Assembly (NCBI RefSeq): GCF_006345805.1
Contig: NC_042998.1
Coordinates: 201,562,001-201,626,000, forward strand
DNA from: Octopus sinensis
Lineage: Eukaryota
DNA: 64,000 nt
Direction of reading: 5' to 3'
Below are positions 1 to 11,639 of this stretch, piece by piece (within the stretch, counting starts at the first letter, position 1; the number at the start of each line of letters is the position of its first letter). The notes beneath the pieces are model-generated. The model had not been told where the DNA came from and did no database searches. It saw only the letters and a program-made list of their open reading frames with translations. A program made the translations under genes and the position numbers.

Positions 1-173
1 AGAATCAAACGAGTCAAAAATAAAGAATAAAACGGAAAATGGAGAGTGACGATGTTCAGAATTATATGTACAGCTACCTAATTTTCTGAAGAATGCTGAT
101 GTATCAAATAATCAATTTATATTAACATCATGTTGAGAAAACAAAAGCGGACCAAAAAAATAATGGTAGGCAT

Positions 174-362
174 AGGTGCAGGAGTGGCTGTGTGGTAAGT
201 AGCTTGCCTACCAACCACATGGTTCCGGGTTCAGTCCCACTGCGTGGCATCTTCGGCGAGTGTCTTCTGCTATAGCCCCGGGCCGACCAATGCCTTGTGA
301 GTGGATTTAGTAGACGGAAACTGAAAGAAGCCTGTCGGATATATGTATATATATATATATAA

Positions 363-398
<36 letters not shown>

Positions 399-600
399 CT
401 GTGTTTGCCCCCCTAGCATTGCTTGACAACCGATGCTGGTGTGTTTAATTACCCGTCAGCTAGCGGTTCGGCAAAAGAGACCGATAGAATAAGTACTGGG
501 CTTACAAAGAATAAGTCCCGGGGTCGATTAACTCGACTAAAGGCGGTGCTCCAGCATGGCCGCTGTCAAATGGATGAAACAAGTAAAAGAGTAAAAGGGT
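174..600 (+). mobile_element. tRNA-derived SINE, family A (full length, internal TA/TG microsatellite)
   Basis: Head AGGTGCAGGAGTGGCTGTGTGGTAAG...GGTTCAGTCCC with A/B-box-like motifs, body, and tail AAGGCGGTGCTCCAGCATGGCC...GAAACAAGTAAAAGAGTAAAA. Closely similar copies at 29115 and 61451. Confidence 0.9.
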
Positions 601-721
601 AATATACGAAATAGAAAACGTATCAGAATAAAATTGTAAACAAGAATAAAATAACAAACAACCGTGGGTATAAAAATAATGATGTGTAACTACAAAATCA
701 GTATAATACTAATAATATTTG

Positions 722-768
722 TTTTGTAGTTTCAGCTCAGAGCGGTAGCCATGCTGGGGCACCGCCCT
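722..768 (-). mobile_element. SINE 3' tail fragment (GGCGGTGCCCCAGCATGGCTACCGCTCTGAGCTGAAACTAC)
   Basis: Homologous to the family A tail and lies directly 3' of the tRNA-Asp-like sequence on the same strand. Confidence 0.7.
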
Positions 769-781
769 TAAAATAACCAGC

Positions 782-847
782 CTCCCCGGCGGGGAATCGA
801 AACCCGGTTTCCCGCGTGACAAGCAAGGGATACTTACCACTATACTA
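782..847 (-). pseudogene. tRNA-Asp(GTC)-like pseudogene lacking the 5' acceptor strand
   Basis: Minus strand TAGTATAGTGGTAAGTATCCCTTGCTTGTCACGCGGGAAACCGGGTTTCGATTCCCCGCCGGGGAG matches canonical metazoan tRNA-Asp(GTC) with about 5 substitutions and a 1-nt insertion. The first 7 nt (TCCTCGT) are absent. A TTTT run follows the 3' trailer. Confidence 0.8.
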
Positions 848-1060
848 CTTTGTTCACTTTATTTTTTTATTTATTTTTTCTTTTTCTCTCTCTGTACTTC
901 TTACCCTTTTTCTGTAACACGTGACTTTTTTTGATGAGCAATCTGGTGAGTTTGTTTTAATGACCCACCAATAAATACAGTGCGATTCTCTGCCCTACTT
1001 GTCAGGAGGACACTCGGCAAGAAATGGAAACAGAACAGAAGAAGATGAAAATGAAAATAA

Positions 1061-1229
1061 TACTCTCTTTTACTCTTTTACTTGTTTCAGTCATTTGACT
1101 GCGACCATGCTGGAGCACCGCCTTTAGTCAAGCACATCGACCCCGTGACTTATTCTTTGTAAGCGCAGTACTTATTCTATCGGTCTCTTTTGCCGAACCG
1201 CTAAGTGACGGGGACGTAAACACACCAGC
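1061..1229 (-). mobile_element. SINE family A, 3' portion
   Basis: Reverse complement of the family A body and tail; ends abruptly where the R4-type LINE fragment starts. Confidence 0.9.
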
Positions 1230-1796
1230 AGAATATGTGGAGATGGACAAGAAACAATAAATCATATTATCTCTGGCTACCCAGTTCTGGCTAAGAAGGA
1301 ATATATTCACAGACATGACGGAATTGGAACCTACATACACTGGAAGCTATGCCAACATTATGGAATAACAACAGAAAAAAGATGGTATAAGCACACACCA
1401 GAAAAGGTCACAGAAAACGAGAAAGCAACCATACTCTGGGATATGCCGATGCACACAGATGGAGAAATTAAGGCTAACAGATCAGATATAGTTGTCAGAG
1501 ATAATGAAGAAAAAAAATGCTTTCTAATTGATGTATCAATACCGGCAGATGACAACGTGTCTCTAAAAGAAATGGAGAAACTCTCAAAATACAAAGACCT
1601 GGAAATAGAGATAACTAGAATGTGGAACCTGAAAACAGAAACAATTCCTATCATAGTAGGTGCATTAGGCATGATGAAAAAATATTCAGACAAATACATA
1701 ACAAAAACACCAGGACTTACAAACACATATAACATACAGAAAATTGCACTACTAGGCACTGCACACATCCTACGCAGAACACTTTCCATACAATAA
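1230..1796 (+). CDS. C-terminal zinc knuckle and restriction-like endonuclease (RLE) fragment of an R4/Dong ORF
   Basis: Translates as RICGDGQETINHIISGYP (CCHC-like, last C to Y), HRHD, ILWDMPMHTDGEIKANRSDIV...LIDVSIP...KEMEKLSKYKDL, IPIIVGALG, QKIALLGTAHILRRTL. Confidence 0.8.
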   Translation, partial: RICGDGQETINHIISGYPVLAKKEYIHRHDGIGTYIHWKLCQHYGITTEKRWYKHTPEKVTENEKATILWDMPMHTDGEIKANRSDIVVRDNEEKKCFLIDVSIPADDNVSLKEMEKLSKYKDLEIEITRMWNLKTETIPIIVGALGMMKKYSDKYITKTPGLTNTYNIQKIALLGTAHILRRTLSIQ

Positions 1797-1890
1797 CCAT
1801 CAGAGCATCACAACAAATCACAGCACATACCCAAGGCACACAGAGCTGCGCTCGGTAGTGAAGTGAAAGCACGCTATAAAAATAAAACTA

Positions 1891-1895
<5 letters not shown>
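1230..1895 (+). mobile_element. R4/Dong-clade non-LTR retrotransposon, 5'-truncated 3' end with (AAT)n tail
   Basis: Open frame 1230-1796, a ~100-nt 3' UTR, then (AAT)n at about 1896-1926. Dong-type R4 elements are known to target TAA repeats. Confidence 0.85.
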
Positions 1896-1926
<31 letters not shown>

Positions 1927-1927
<1 letters not shown>

Positions 1928-2462
1928 CCCTGATGCAGTACCCAACAGTGGTTCTCATGGCTTCTGATCTTAACTGATTGGAAGTTTTATCATGTACATT
2001 TTTTGTCATGCTATAAAAGATGGGCTACAGCAAATATTCTGCTCAATGTCACATATTTGCTTGTCAGTTGCTTGACCTTAACCAGTTAAGCATGTCCCTT
2101 AGTGGCTGACAATATGTGCATCTCTGGTCACGAGGAGAAGTAGTGAGGGAGCTTCATAGCCACGTGTTGAGAGGGATCTTTGTGGTTTGAACAATTTCCC
2201 CCTGGTGACATGGCTGTTTCGTTCAACATCCTTAAACAAGCCTTATTCAGAGAACTTTTGAGTGTGATGGGTTACTCGACCAGAAGAATATTCCTACGAG
2301 GTCATATGCTGTTTATGTTGATATGGGATCACCAAGTCGTGCACATATGGTTTTGATGCATGTGCCTAGTTTACTCTTATCAGACGGGTAATCATCATGG
2401 GTATACTGGGTTTCGTATATTTTACCCCAGTTTCACTTTGATGGAATGCACTGCTCTCTCAC
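1927..2462 (-). mobile_element. Non-coding, non-tRNA ~535-bp interspersed element (family C) flanked on both sides by (AAT/ATT)n
   Basis: Minus strand runs GAGTGAGAGAGCAGTGCATTCCATC...GTACTGCATCAGGGC between two TAA tracts. Homologous segments at about 37365-37632 and 30550-30700. Confidence 0.75.
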
Positions 2463-2464
2463 TC

Positions 2465-2501
<37 letters not shown>

Positions 2502-2527
2502 TAATAATAATAATAATAATAATAATA
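2465..2527. repeat. (AAT)n microsatellite
   Basis: Direct reading. Confidence 0.95.
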
Positions 2528-2779
2528 ACCCCGCACTGATCAAAACTTTGCAAGAAAACGACAATTTCAGACATTTTAGCGGTGAAAAATTCCTTATAGA
2601 ATTGGAACGGGAAATGATGCTATATATCAACATTATTAAGCCAATACAGTAAATAGAATAATCAAATGGCATTATTACATGCAATTGAAATATTTCTTTT
2701 CATTCATGGAAAACAAATACCTGCTTAAGTCATGTGAGATTACGTTATGCTCCTACCCGCATGTCAGTGTTCGTATTGC

Positions 2780-3240
2780 TGTCTTGAACAGACGAGGAAA
2801 ATCCTATTTATTCGTCAGACAACGATGGTGTGTCGCTGCCAATCTTTACGACCCCTGCACGAGTTGAAGTCCTTCAATAATATCATTCAGGCTGTAACTG
2901 GAGGGGCTCAGGAGACTCCGCTTTGTCTAGTTGTGCTGCGTCGGCTAAATTCCTCTGATCTTCTTTCTCATTTATTTTAGGCTTCTGGCAGCATAAGAAC
3001 AAAATAGACTGGACAATTATTTACTATAAGTGCTGCAACTTTGTCTTTTGTCTTCAAAAATCTATCATCTACTCTTTGACTCGGCGGCCTTAATAGGGCA
3101 CATGTACGGTAGTTTTGTAACCTTCGGACGTAATTAGACTAGCAAACACAATTTCCACGTCTCTTAACCAAATGATACCTCGCATCTGCCCTCTTCTAGC
3201 TAACCGTCTATACTGCTTTACCCCCAACGAGGAACCCTCA
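2780..3240 (-). mobile_element. Highly decayed AP-endonuclease-like LINE fragment (RTE-like)
   Basis: Minus-strand pieces FCSYAA (cf. ISAYAP) and ILLKDFNSCRG (cf. ILGDFNARVG) occur in the expected order, with stops and frameshifts. Confidence 0.35.
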
Positions 3241-4589
3241 TCATTTCCGATGGCCATCATTTTCATCCCTATAACTCTTTGTACCTTATACTAGTGCACA
3301 AAAGTATGCGACCATCGACACGTGCTACAATTTTAGCCCGTTGTATGTTGTATTTTCCACTGAGAAAACTTCCTTTCGAAATCTGTTATAGTTTGCTCTA
3401 ACTGCTTGTGTGAGAACGTTTGTTACCCGTACAATCCTATTTAAATCATGTATGTATATTTTATTTGCTCTCTCTCAGGGATTACGACTGATTAGGATAG
3501 AACGGAACGTAAAAGGAAGTCGACAGGATAACAGTTGTTTGTTATTTAAGAAGTGAGGTAACTAACCATCGATGTTTGAAAGATTGCGGAATATTTGGAA
3601 TAAAATTGAAGGATTTAACAGTGCACAAAAAATTACAGGCCATGCTTCATGAATCAACATATTCAAAGAATTCTGTGAAAGAGAATAAAATAAACGGAGA
3701 GTTACAAGAATTATCAGAAGAAACTCAGAAGGCTAAAGATTGCTCTTCACAAAAACAGAAGATAACAGTCATAGTGAAACATAAAAATGCAATACATTTA
3801 GATGATCCAAGAATTAGTGTGTACAAGTAAGAGAAATGATTGGGAACTTCGAATTGGACATGAACAAACGTGTATACAGTCAGCAAGAGATCCTTGCAAA
3901 AATGAGGCAAATTGCAATTTGTTAAATTGAGTAAATAGTTTCAAACTACTATTTCAAGAAAAATACTAAGACTGAACAATGTAATTTATTAGATTATCCT
4001 TAAAAAACATACGACATACTAATATATTGATATTAGCAGGTACTAATTTATTTGCCAACATGCCATTTATAAGAAGAGCTTAAAAAGATTCCAGCAAGTA
4101 ATAGATTGAAAAATATGGATGCTAACGAAGATTAGTAGCAGAGTGTCAACGAAGATTAATGGCAGGGAAATGATATGATTTAGACTAGACGTGCAGGAAG
4201 AATTGAAGAAAGTAGAATAGTTTAATACTTTAGAGAAATGGCATAGCAAGCAGCTTTGATTAAAAGATCAATGCATTGGGTAATGTCAAATATTATAATA
4301 TTAGATAAGGCCCACGCAAGAAACAAGTTTAAAGTGAAACGCTTTTCAATTGAACCCGAAATTTTCCTTCTTATTTTTGAAAGAAATAATAACATAAGAC
4401 CGGCCGTTGTTCAAAACACAAACAGTTCGCAACATCAGATAAATAGCAGGACCAAAAAATAATGCATTTCTGTGTATAAAGCAAGCGAAATATTATGTCG
4501 AAAAAGCTTGTGACCATCACGAAACAACGACTTGAAACCAGTTGACAAAGGTATGAAATGGAAAGGTGAAAGGCATATATATGCTCATA

Positions 4590-4815
4590 GTTACTCTCTT
4601 TACTCTCTCTCTCTCTCTCTCTCTCTTACTAGTTTCAGTCACTTGAGTGCGGCCATGCTGGAGCACCACCTTTAGTCGAGCAAATCGACCCCGGGACTTA
4701 TTCTTTGTAAGCCCAGTACTTATACTATCGGTCTCTTTTGCCGAACCGCTAGGTGACGGGGACGTAAACACACCAGCATCGGTTGTCAAGAAATGCTAGA
4801 AGGACAAACACAGTC
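4590..4815 (-). mobile_element. SINE family A, 3' half
   Basis: Reverse complement of the family A body and tail. Confidence 0.9.
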
Positions 4816-4859
4816 ACTGGATAAAATGTTTAAGCATTTTTCGAAAATATTATGATATA

Positions 4860-5310
4860 TCTATATGTCGAAATGACACAAAAGATGCTTTAATATGGTT
4901 AACAAAAAGAATTTGCCTGATATTGAAAACATTAGAGAAAAGAAATTGATCATTTATTAGTCTATCACATATAGACCATTTATTAACACAGGTAATTACG
5001 CAAGGGATATTCAGAGAAGAACAAAGATGTTTTAATAAATGTCAGTAGAAGGAGTACTAAATGTATAAGCGAAAGAATGGTCTTCAGAAATTGCAGGAAG
5101 AAAAGAAGTAGCATTTGGAGAAAAAAATTCGCAGATGAACAGATTATAAGAGGAATCACTCTGGCCTCTTTCCAACCTTCTTTAAAATAGCACAGTTCCT
5201 TTTGTTAATAATTCTCATGAAATCTAAGGTAGATTATTCACTAGAATGTAAAAAGGAAAAGAGAACTAACACATTTTCATAGTGCGCTTTTTCCTGACAA
5301 ACCTATATGC
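4860..5310 (+). mobile_element. Very decayed reverse-transcriptase relic, possibly R4-like
   Basis: Fragments resemble DYKKAFDMV, IRGI...SL.P and MKSKVDYSLECKKEKRTN in RT order, with many stops. Confidence 0.3.
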
Positions 5311-5961
5311 AGATTCCTTATAGCTCTACGACGATAAATGAAAATATATATATAATGAAAACTACACTGCTTGTTCAGGAAGGTGGTAAATCATAGAGGC
5401 TATGCAGTGTTAGACATAGATTTACGGTGAACAATTGGAATTTTCGAATTCTACTCCTTGTTAGTCCTTGTATAAAAGGAATTACAAAAATCAATAGAAC
5501 GTAAGCCGTAGCACTGATGAAGTGATGTTGGCCCTGTCATTCAGTATATATTTTTTCCAGGAATATTTTGGTCAATGGATTCAGGCTCACTTCATGTTAG
5601 TTTCCAATCCGATAATACATTTTATGCACAATTCATAGTATAATATAACAGCAGTTAGTTATTTGATACAGTATCAAACTTGACTTATAAATAACATAAT
5701 TCGAAAGAGTTGTTTATTCTCTTCAATTACCGATATTCCATCTCTAAATAGAGCTTTTGATTCTATTTCTTAACACTATGTACCAATAAAGAACCTCCTA
5801 AAATATTTTAGACATAACCTGGGGTTTGTATCAGGGTAAAACCTGTAAGGTGAATTACAGACGCCATAGAGTGATTAGATGTTTAGTATTAGATGAAAAG
5901 AACAGATTAAGCAATATTTTCATTAATGTACAAATATATTTGCATACACGCATAGCTAGAA

Positions 5962-6192
<231 letters not shown>

Positions 6193-7289
6193 AATTAAAC
6201 CAATATGGAGTGAATTGTGTTATATAAATATTTCAAGTGCTGAATAGAAATAACAACAAAAGGGAAAAAAATCCCGGAAACATAATAATCGGTAACTTAA
6301 CAAAAGTATAACATACACACGATTGTTGTATTATTTTGTTTCCTTTTGTCCTTGTATACATTCGCTAGCTATTCCTACTCTGGAGCTGTCACGACTGAGT
6401 GGTATCATTGTTAAAAGCGCGAAACTCACTAGAGTATCTTGGACATTGACTGATGACGAATAAGCAGCGATTTTTCCACGTATTATGTTTTAGTCTAATT
6501 TTCTGTTTTTTACGTTGTTGCTCATTTTGCGTTTGTTACATTTTCGTCAAATTTTTCCTTTTGCTGTGCTCTTTCTATTCAACATTTAGAGTATCTAAGT
6601 AACACAACTCACTCCCTGCTTCTTCGATTATTTTTAAAATGGCATTTGAATGTTTATTGTGCGACTCTTATACTACCTATATTCTTTCCCTACCTCACTT
6701 TTAACTTTCTGTTATTCTACTCCATTCATTTTCTTTGCACTCTACATCTCTTTCTGTCTTCTCTCACTGTCATGTGACTGGTGTCCACCTAAGGAGGTGT
6801 CGTTATTTTTCGCCCTGCTTTAACCAGACCGGCCACGTCTCTCTCTGCTTCTTGCTCTATTCTTTAGGACTTTTCCCATTTCTCATTTGCGTTAACTGAC
6901 TATGTCCGTTTGATAGGCGAAATGCACTTTTCTATTGAATATGTTGCATCTCTATATTAATACATACTCTGTCTATAGAGCCGAAAGGCCTTTCTCTGTT
7001 GTACAATTAATTTTTATTTTATAATTTTTTGTTGTACCCGTATTAGTGTTATACTATTTTAGCTTGTCTCGTTGGTTTTTATATTTTATACATACGTTAG
7101 CTACTCCTAGCAAAGTTCAGCTCTGGCGCTACCAAGACTGAATGCCATCAATGTTAAGAGCGCCAAACCACAAACATGTCTTGACCCATAAGGAATCACC
7201 TGTGTATTATATTTTTGTCTAATTTTCCGATTGTTTTCGTCAAATACTTCCTCTTTCTGTGTTTTCTCTATTCGACCATTTATATATGC

Positions 7290-7320
<31 letters not shown>

Positions 7321-7346
7321 TATATACATATGGATGGATGTGTATG

Positions 7347-7395
<49 letters not shown>

Positions 7396-7711
7396 CAGGA
7401 TTAAATAAGAAGAAAGTAACCGGAAAATGTGACATACCTGTGTAGTATATATGTGTGTGTTTCTGCGTGCGTGCATGTGTGCATACACATGTAAGTGATA
7501 TTTTCCGTTTGTTGTCTTTTAATTTACCCCAGAGAATATTTATACAACGCATGCCCTCATTAATTTTTACCTATAATTCAGTATCAACTGATGTCATTAA
7601 CAAGATCTGAAACATGAGTTTTGTTATGAATTTAAGTTCTCGCAACGATAGCCCTATTATATGTCTAAAAAAGAGTACTATGATTAAGATAGAGCATGCA
7701 TGTTGATTGCA

Positions 7712-8008
7712 TCTAAAAGATTCCCCTCCAAGGCACAAGACCGGGGGAGGCTGCTTATAGAATACCAGCAGTCGCACATGCATAGCAGCGTTCTCTTTCC
7801 ACGCCACCGACGTTTTCCAAGGGAAAGGGAAAGTCATATACTGACTGGCACCTATGACGCTGCAACTCATTTCTACGTTTGAATGAACTGGAGCAACGTG
7901 AAATAAAGTGTCTTGCTCAAGAATACAACATACAGCCCAATGCGGCAATCAAACTCACTAGCACATGATTGTGAGCCCGAAGCACTAACAACTGAGCCAT
8001 AAACATTC
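7712..8008 (-). mobile_element. tRNA-derived SINE, family D
   Basis: Minus head TGGCTCAGTTGTTAGTGCTTCGGGCTCAC...GTGAGTTTGATTGCC, then TTCTTGAGCAAGACACTTTATTTCACGTTGCTCCAGTTCA, a typical SINE central domain. One diverged copy. Confidence 0.7.
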
Positions 8009-8857
8009 ACTATATATGGTACAGTTTATGCGTGTGTTTGTGTGTGTGGTGATTGTGTATGCGTGTATGTGTAATATAAACTGTATATTATGTTTAGATA
8101 TACCTCATAATGACGGTAGTATAGATCATTTGAACTATATTCGTTTTATATTAGAAATTTTGTGAAACGAAGCAAAACGTAATTGGAAATATGAACTCAG
8201 GGTAAGAAACTCTTTCAAAAAATCTTTTATAACTTTGGTAAATTTAACTCTTCTTTCGAATATTTATTTTGATATGATGATATTGAGATTAATATTTCTC
8301 ATTAAACTTTGAATTGAAATCAGTATCAAATACTGGAAAAGATAACAGATTTGTAATTGCACAAGATTTTAAAATTTGATGACGACTATGATATTCACTA
8401 CTGTTAGCAATTTAAAATTTTAGATTTCATTTCTTTCATTTTTAGTAGCAGCTAATCTTTCATTGTGATTAGAAATATATCCTGCTGAGTCGGAAAATGT
8501 TAACTATCGGAAATTACAAAGTTATCATACCATTTACAATCATATTATCATTGTAAATTATACTCTCAGCAATCTTGACACTGTTCGCGCTCACAAATAT
8601 TCTGGTGTCTTTCATCGCGTCCGTCTATGAGTAGGTTTTTTTTTCTATATGTATATATTTATGTATGTATGAATGTATGTATGCATTTATGTATGTATGT
8701 GTGTATATTAGTATCTCTGAATGTATATATATACACACATATTCAAAATACATACAATTGTATATATAATTGTGTACTTACATATTTATCGATGCATATG
8801 ATTATTGATATATATATATATATATATATATACATACCCATACCTATACATACATAA

Positions 8858-8924
<67 letters not shown>

Positions 8925-10241
8925 CATAACACCAGATATACACACCACTCATACAATACCATTCATACAATACCACTCATAAACAATGGTTTTTGGGAAT
9001 AAATAGAGAATCATTCCTGTTGTTGGAAACATATATAAATATTATCACAAAGAAAATTGTTAAATATTTCTATCTCAATTTTGAAATACTGCAAGCGCAA
9101 TATACTGCATGTAGTTGTTTGCGACAGGCAGGAATGACTATCTCTTGGAAAATCAAAATGGATCATTTGTGAGAGTTCCTTCGAATTTTATAGTTTTACA
9201 CACTCTCATTTATAGCAATAATATTTAATGCACTTGCCTTAGTTAATAAATGCGTAAGTGTCAATTTAGAAATGCTGGTGATTTCAGAAAAAAGAAATCA
9301 AACACATTAGAAATATATTGAGTAAAACAGTACAATTATGAAAGACTTTTCTCAGCTTCAACATGTGACATTTTCGTAATGCACATTCAATGATGAATTT
9401 TCGAATCTTTGTTTGAGATCAGCTCCTTCCATGCAGGGATATTTCAAATAATTAAATATAGAATATATACATATATCCATATATACAAACAGAAATCTAT
9501 AAATTGATGCGTACATTAGACGCTAATTTAATATTAGGAAAACAGCCTTGTATACACTCACACACCTACATATATTCCGGCACAGCTACATATGTAACAA
9601 TATAAAAAAAAAACACGAAGGAAGATAGTTCAATTCACGGCAAAACAATTCCGCCACTCCAGTGATCTTGGTCTATAGTAATCCACAAGAATACAGGTAC
9701 TTCAGTTCACCGTCGCAGCAACAGAATTAATTCTTGCTGCCCTCGCACTCCTTGCCTGTGGTAAATTCAATGTGAACTTCCAGGGTACGAACACAGTCAC
9801 ACAATGACAATTTTCCCCCCAAAAATGCGAAGGGAATACGCCTCCTCAAAAACAAAATTCTTACTGCAAAGTGAGTCTTTTCGCACAACCACAGGCAGGC
9901 AAATGACTGGAGCAGAGTGGTGACTGTTGCTGAACAAAAATTATTAAATACAGAGCAACAAACTCCACTAAGCGCCCAAAATTATAACAAACGCCTATCA
10001 GTAATCGAGCTCCAAACGATCAATATTTCACGTCGAGAGACGTGACTTCCAAGGAGCAAGGTAATTACCACACAGCCACTCTTGCGCCTATCTTAATGCT
10101 TAATGTTTTCTTTGTTTTAAATATGATAAATTTCTCTGTACGTACTCCCCTGCAGATATTCTCACTTGTAATAGCTAATTAACTAAATTTAATTGAAACA
10201 ACTGTAGTTCTCCATCTTCTCTCTTGATGTTTATAATATTG

Positions 10242-10284
<43 letters not shown>

Positions 10285-10288
<4 letters not shown>

Positions 10289-10470
10289 AGAGTTCACGAA
10301 AAAATCAAAAGACGAGATAGGCGGTGTACACAACAAACAGATGTATTCGTATAACGCCCAGGAATAGAAAAAGGTTTTTACGTTTCGAGCCTACGCTCTT
10401 CTATAGAAAGGGACACAGAAAATACAAGGAGAGAAAAAGTGTGTGTAGTGGCTAACGATCTCTCTCTCTA
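10285..10470 (-). mobile_element. ~190-bp repeat embedded in (TA)n with a hammerhead-like motif (family H2)
   Basis: Homologous to 35802-35985. Minus strand CTTT-CTATAGA-A-GAGC-GTAG-GCTC-GAAA-CGTA-AAAA. Confidence 0.7.
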
Positions 10471-10526
10471 TATATATATATGGGGGTTAACATTTGTACA
10501 TGGAGAAAAAGGCCACTATGTTGTTT

Positions 10527-10745
10527 CGGCGAGCTGGCAGAAACGTTAGCACTCCGAGTGAAATGCGTAGCCGTATTTCGTCTACCGTTACGTTCTGAGT
10601 TAAAATTCCGCCGAGGTCGACTTTGCATTTCGTCCTTTCGGGGTCGATAAATTAAGTACCAGTTACGCACTAGGGTCGATGTAATCGACTTAATCCCCTT
10701 GTCTGTCCCCTCCGTGTTTAGCCCCTTGTGGGCAATAAAGAAATA
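10527..10745 (+). mobile_element. tRNA-derived SINE, family B
   Basis: GGCGAGCTGGCAGAAACGTTAGCAC...GAGTTAAAATTCC...GGGGTCGATAAATTAAGTACCAG...AATAAAGAAATA; many copies in the window. Confidence 0.9.
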
Positions 10746-11186
10746 TATGTTGTTTTCTTACATGGGCAGTGAAATCCCCAAAACACGGAAAAGACGTTAT
10801 AATTTAGAGCACTTTGTAAGCGAGAAGGGCAATTTGAAAGAATTGAAATGCTTGCTATTTCTATGCTCTGAAGCTTCTCCATTAATGATTAGATAAATCA
10901 ACTACTTAATTAATTAATTGATGAATCAATCGTTTGTGGATTTTCAGTAGAACATGCTGGGAAATATAATTATAAAACTTGAATACGTACCGAACGAAAA
11001 AGGAAAAAGGTGCACACTGATTTTCACCGTTATACATTAAGAAATCAAATCGAACGTCCTGAATGATCGTGCAGTGCCAGAAAGAAGCACTTGGGAATAC
11101 TTCGGAATATGGAAATATCTGGATTTTAGGACTTCTTTACGCATGCTGGCCACTCGTATAAGTTATCATTTTTAATATGTTTTACC

Positions 11187-11239
<53 letters not shown>

Positions 11240-11639
11240 TATATAAGATACATATACAGGGTAGCGAATATTCGTTATAAATATCACCACCAGTGGCTTA
11301 GCATGTATACATAATCAGTAGACAACCTATTCATATTTTAAGATAGTGTACATTTAAACATAAAAGTAAAACTACCCTTCAACAGGTAATTTTTACATGC
11401 TAGAAATAGCAGCCAAAACGGCCAAAATCACGATTTAATATATATATATATATGTATATATAGGTGTGTGTGTGTGTGCTCGCGTATGTGCGTGTGGATG
11501 CATACGTAAGTGCTTAGTTTTGATGACCTTTAATGTCGGTCGAACGCTACAGCATGTGTGTGTAACGTTTCTGTGTTATCAACGCCAATATAAGCTACAA
11601 ACTATTTTAGATAAAGGAATTTGAATAATATAGTCATAT

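Noticed and set aside
11512-11555. Hammerhead-like TTGATGACC...GGTCGAACGC
   Set aside because: Core, GAAA and stem I are all defective.
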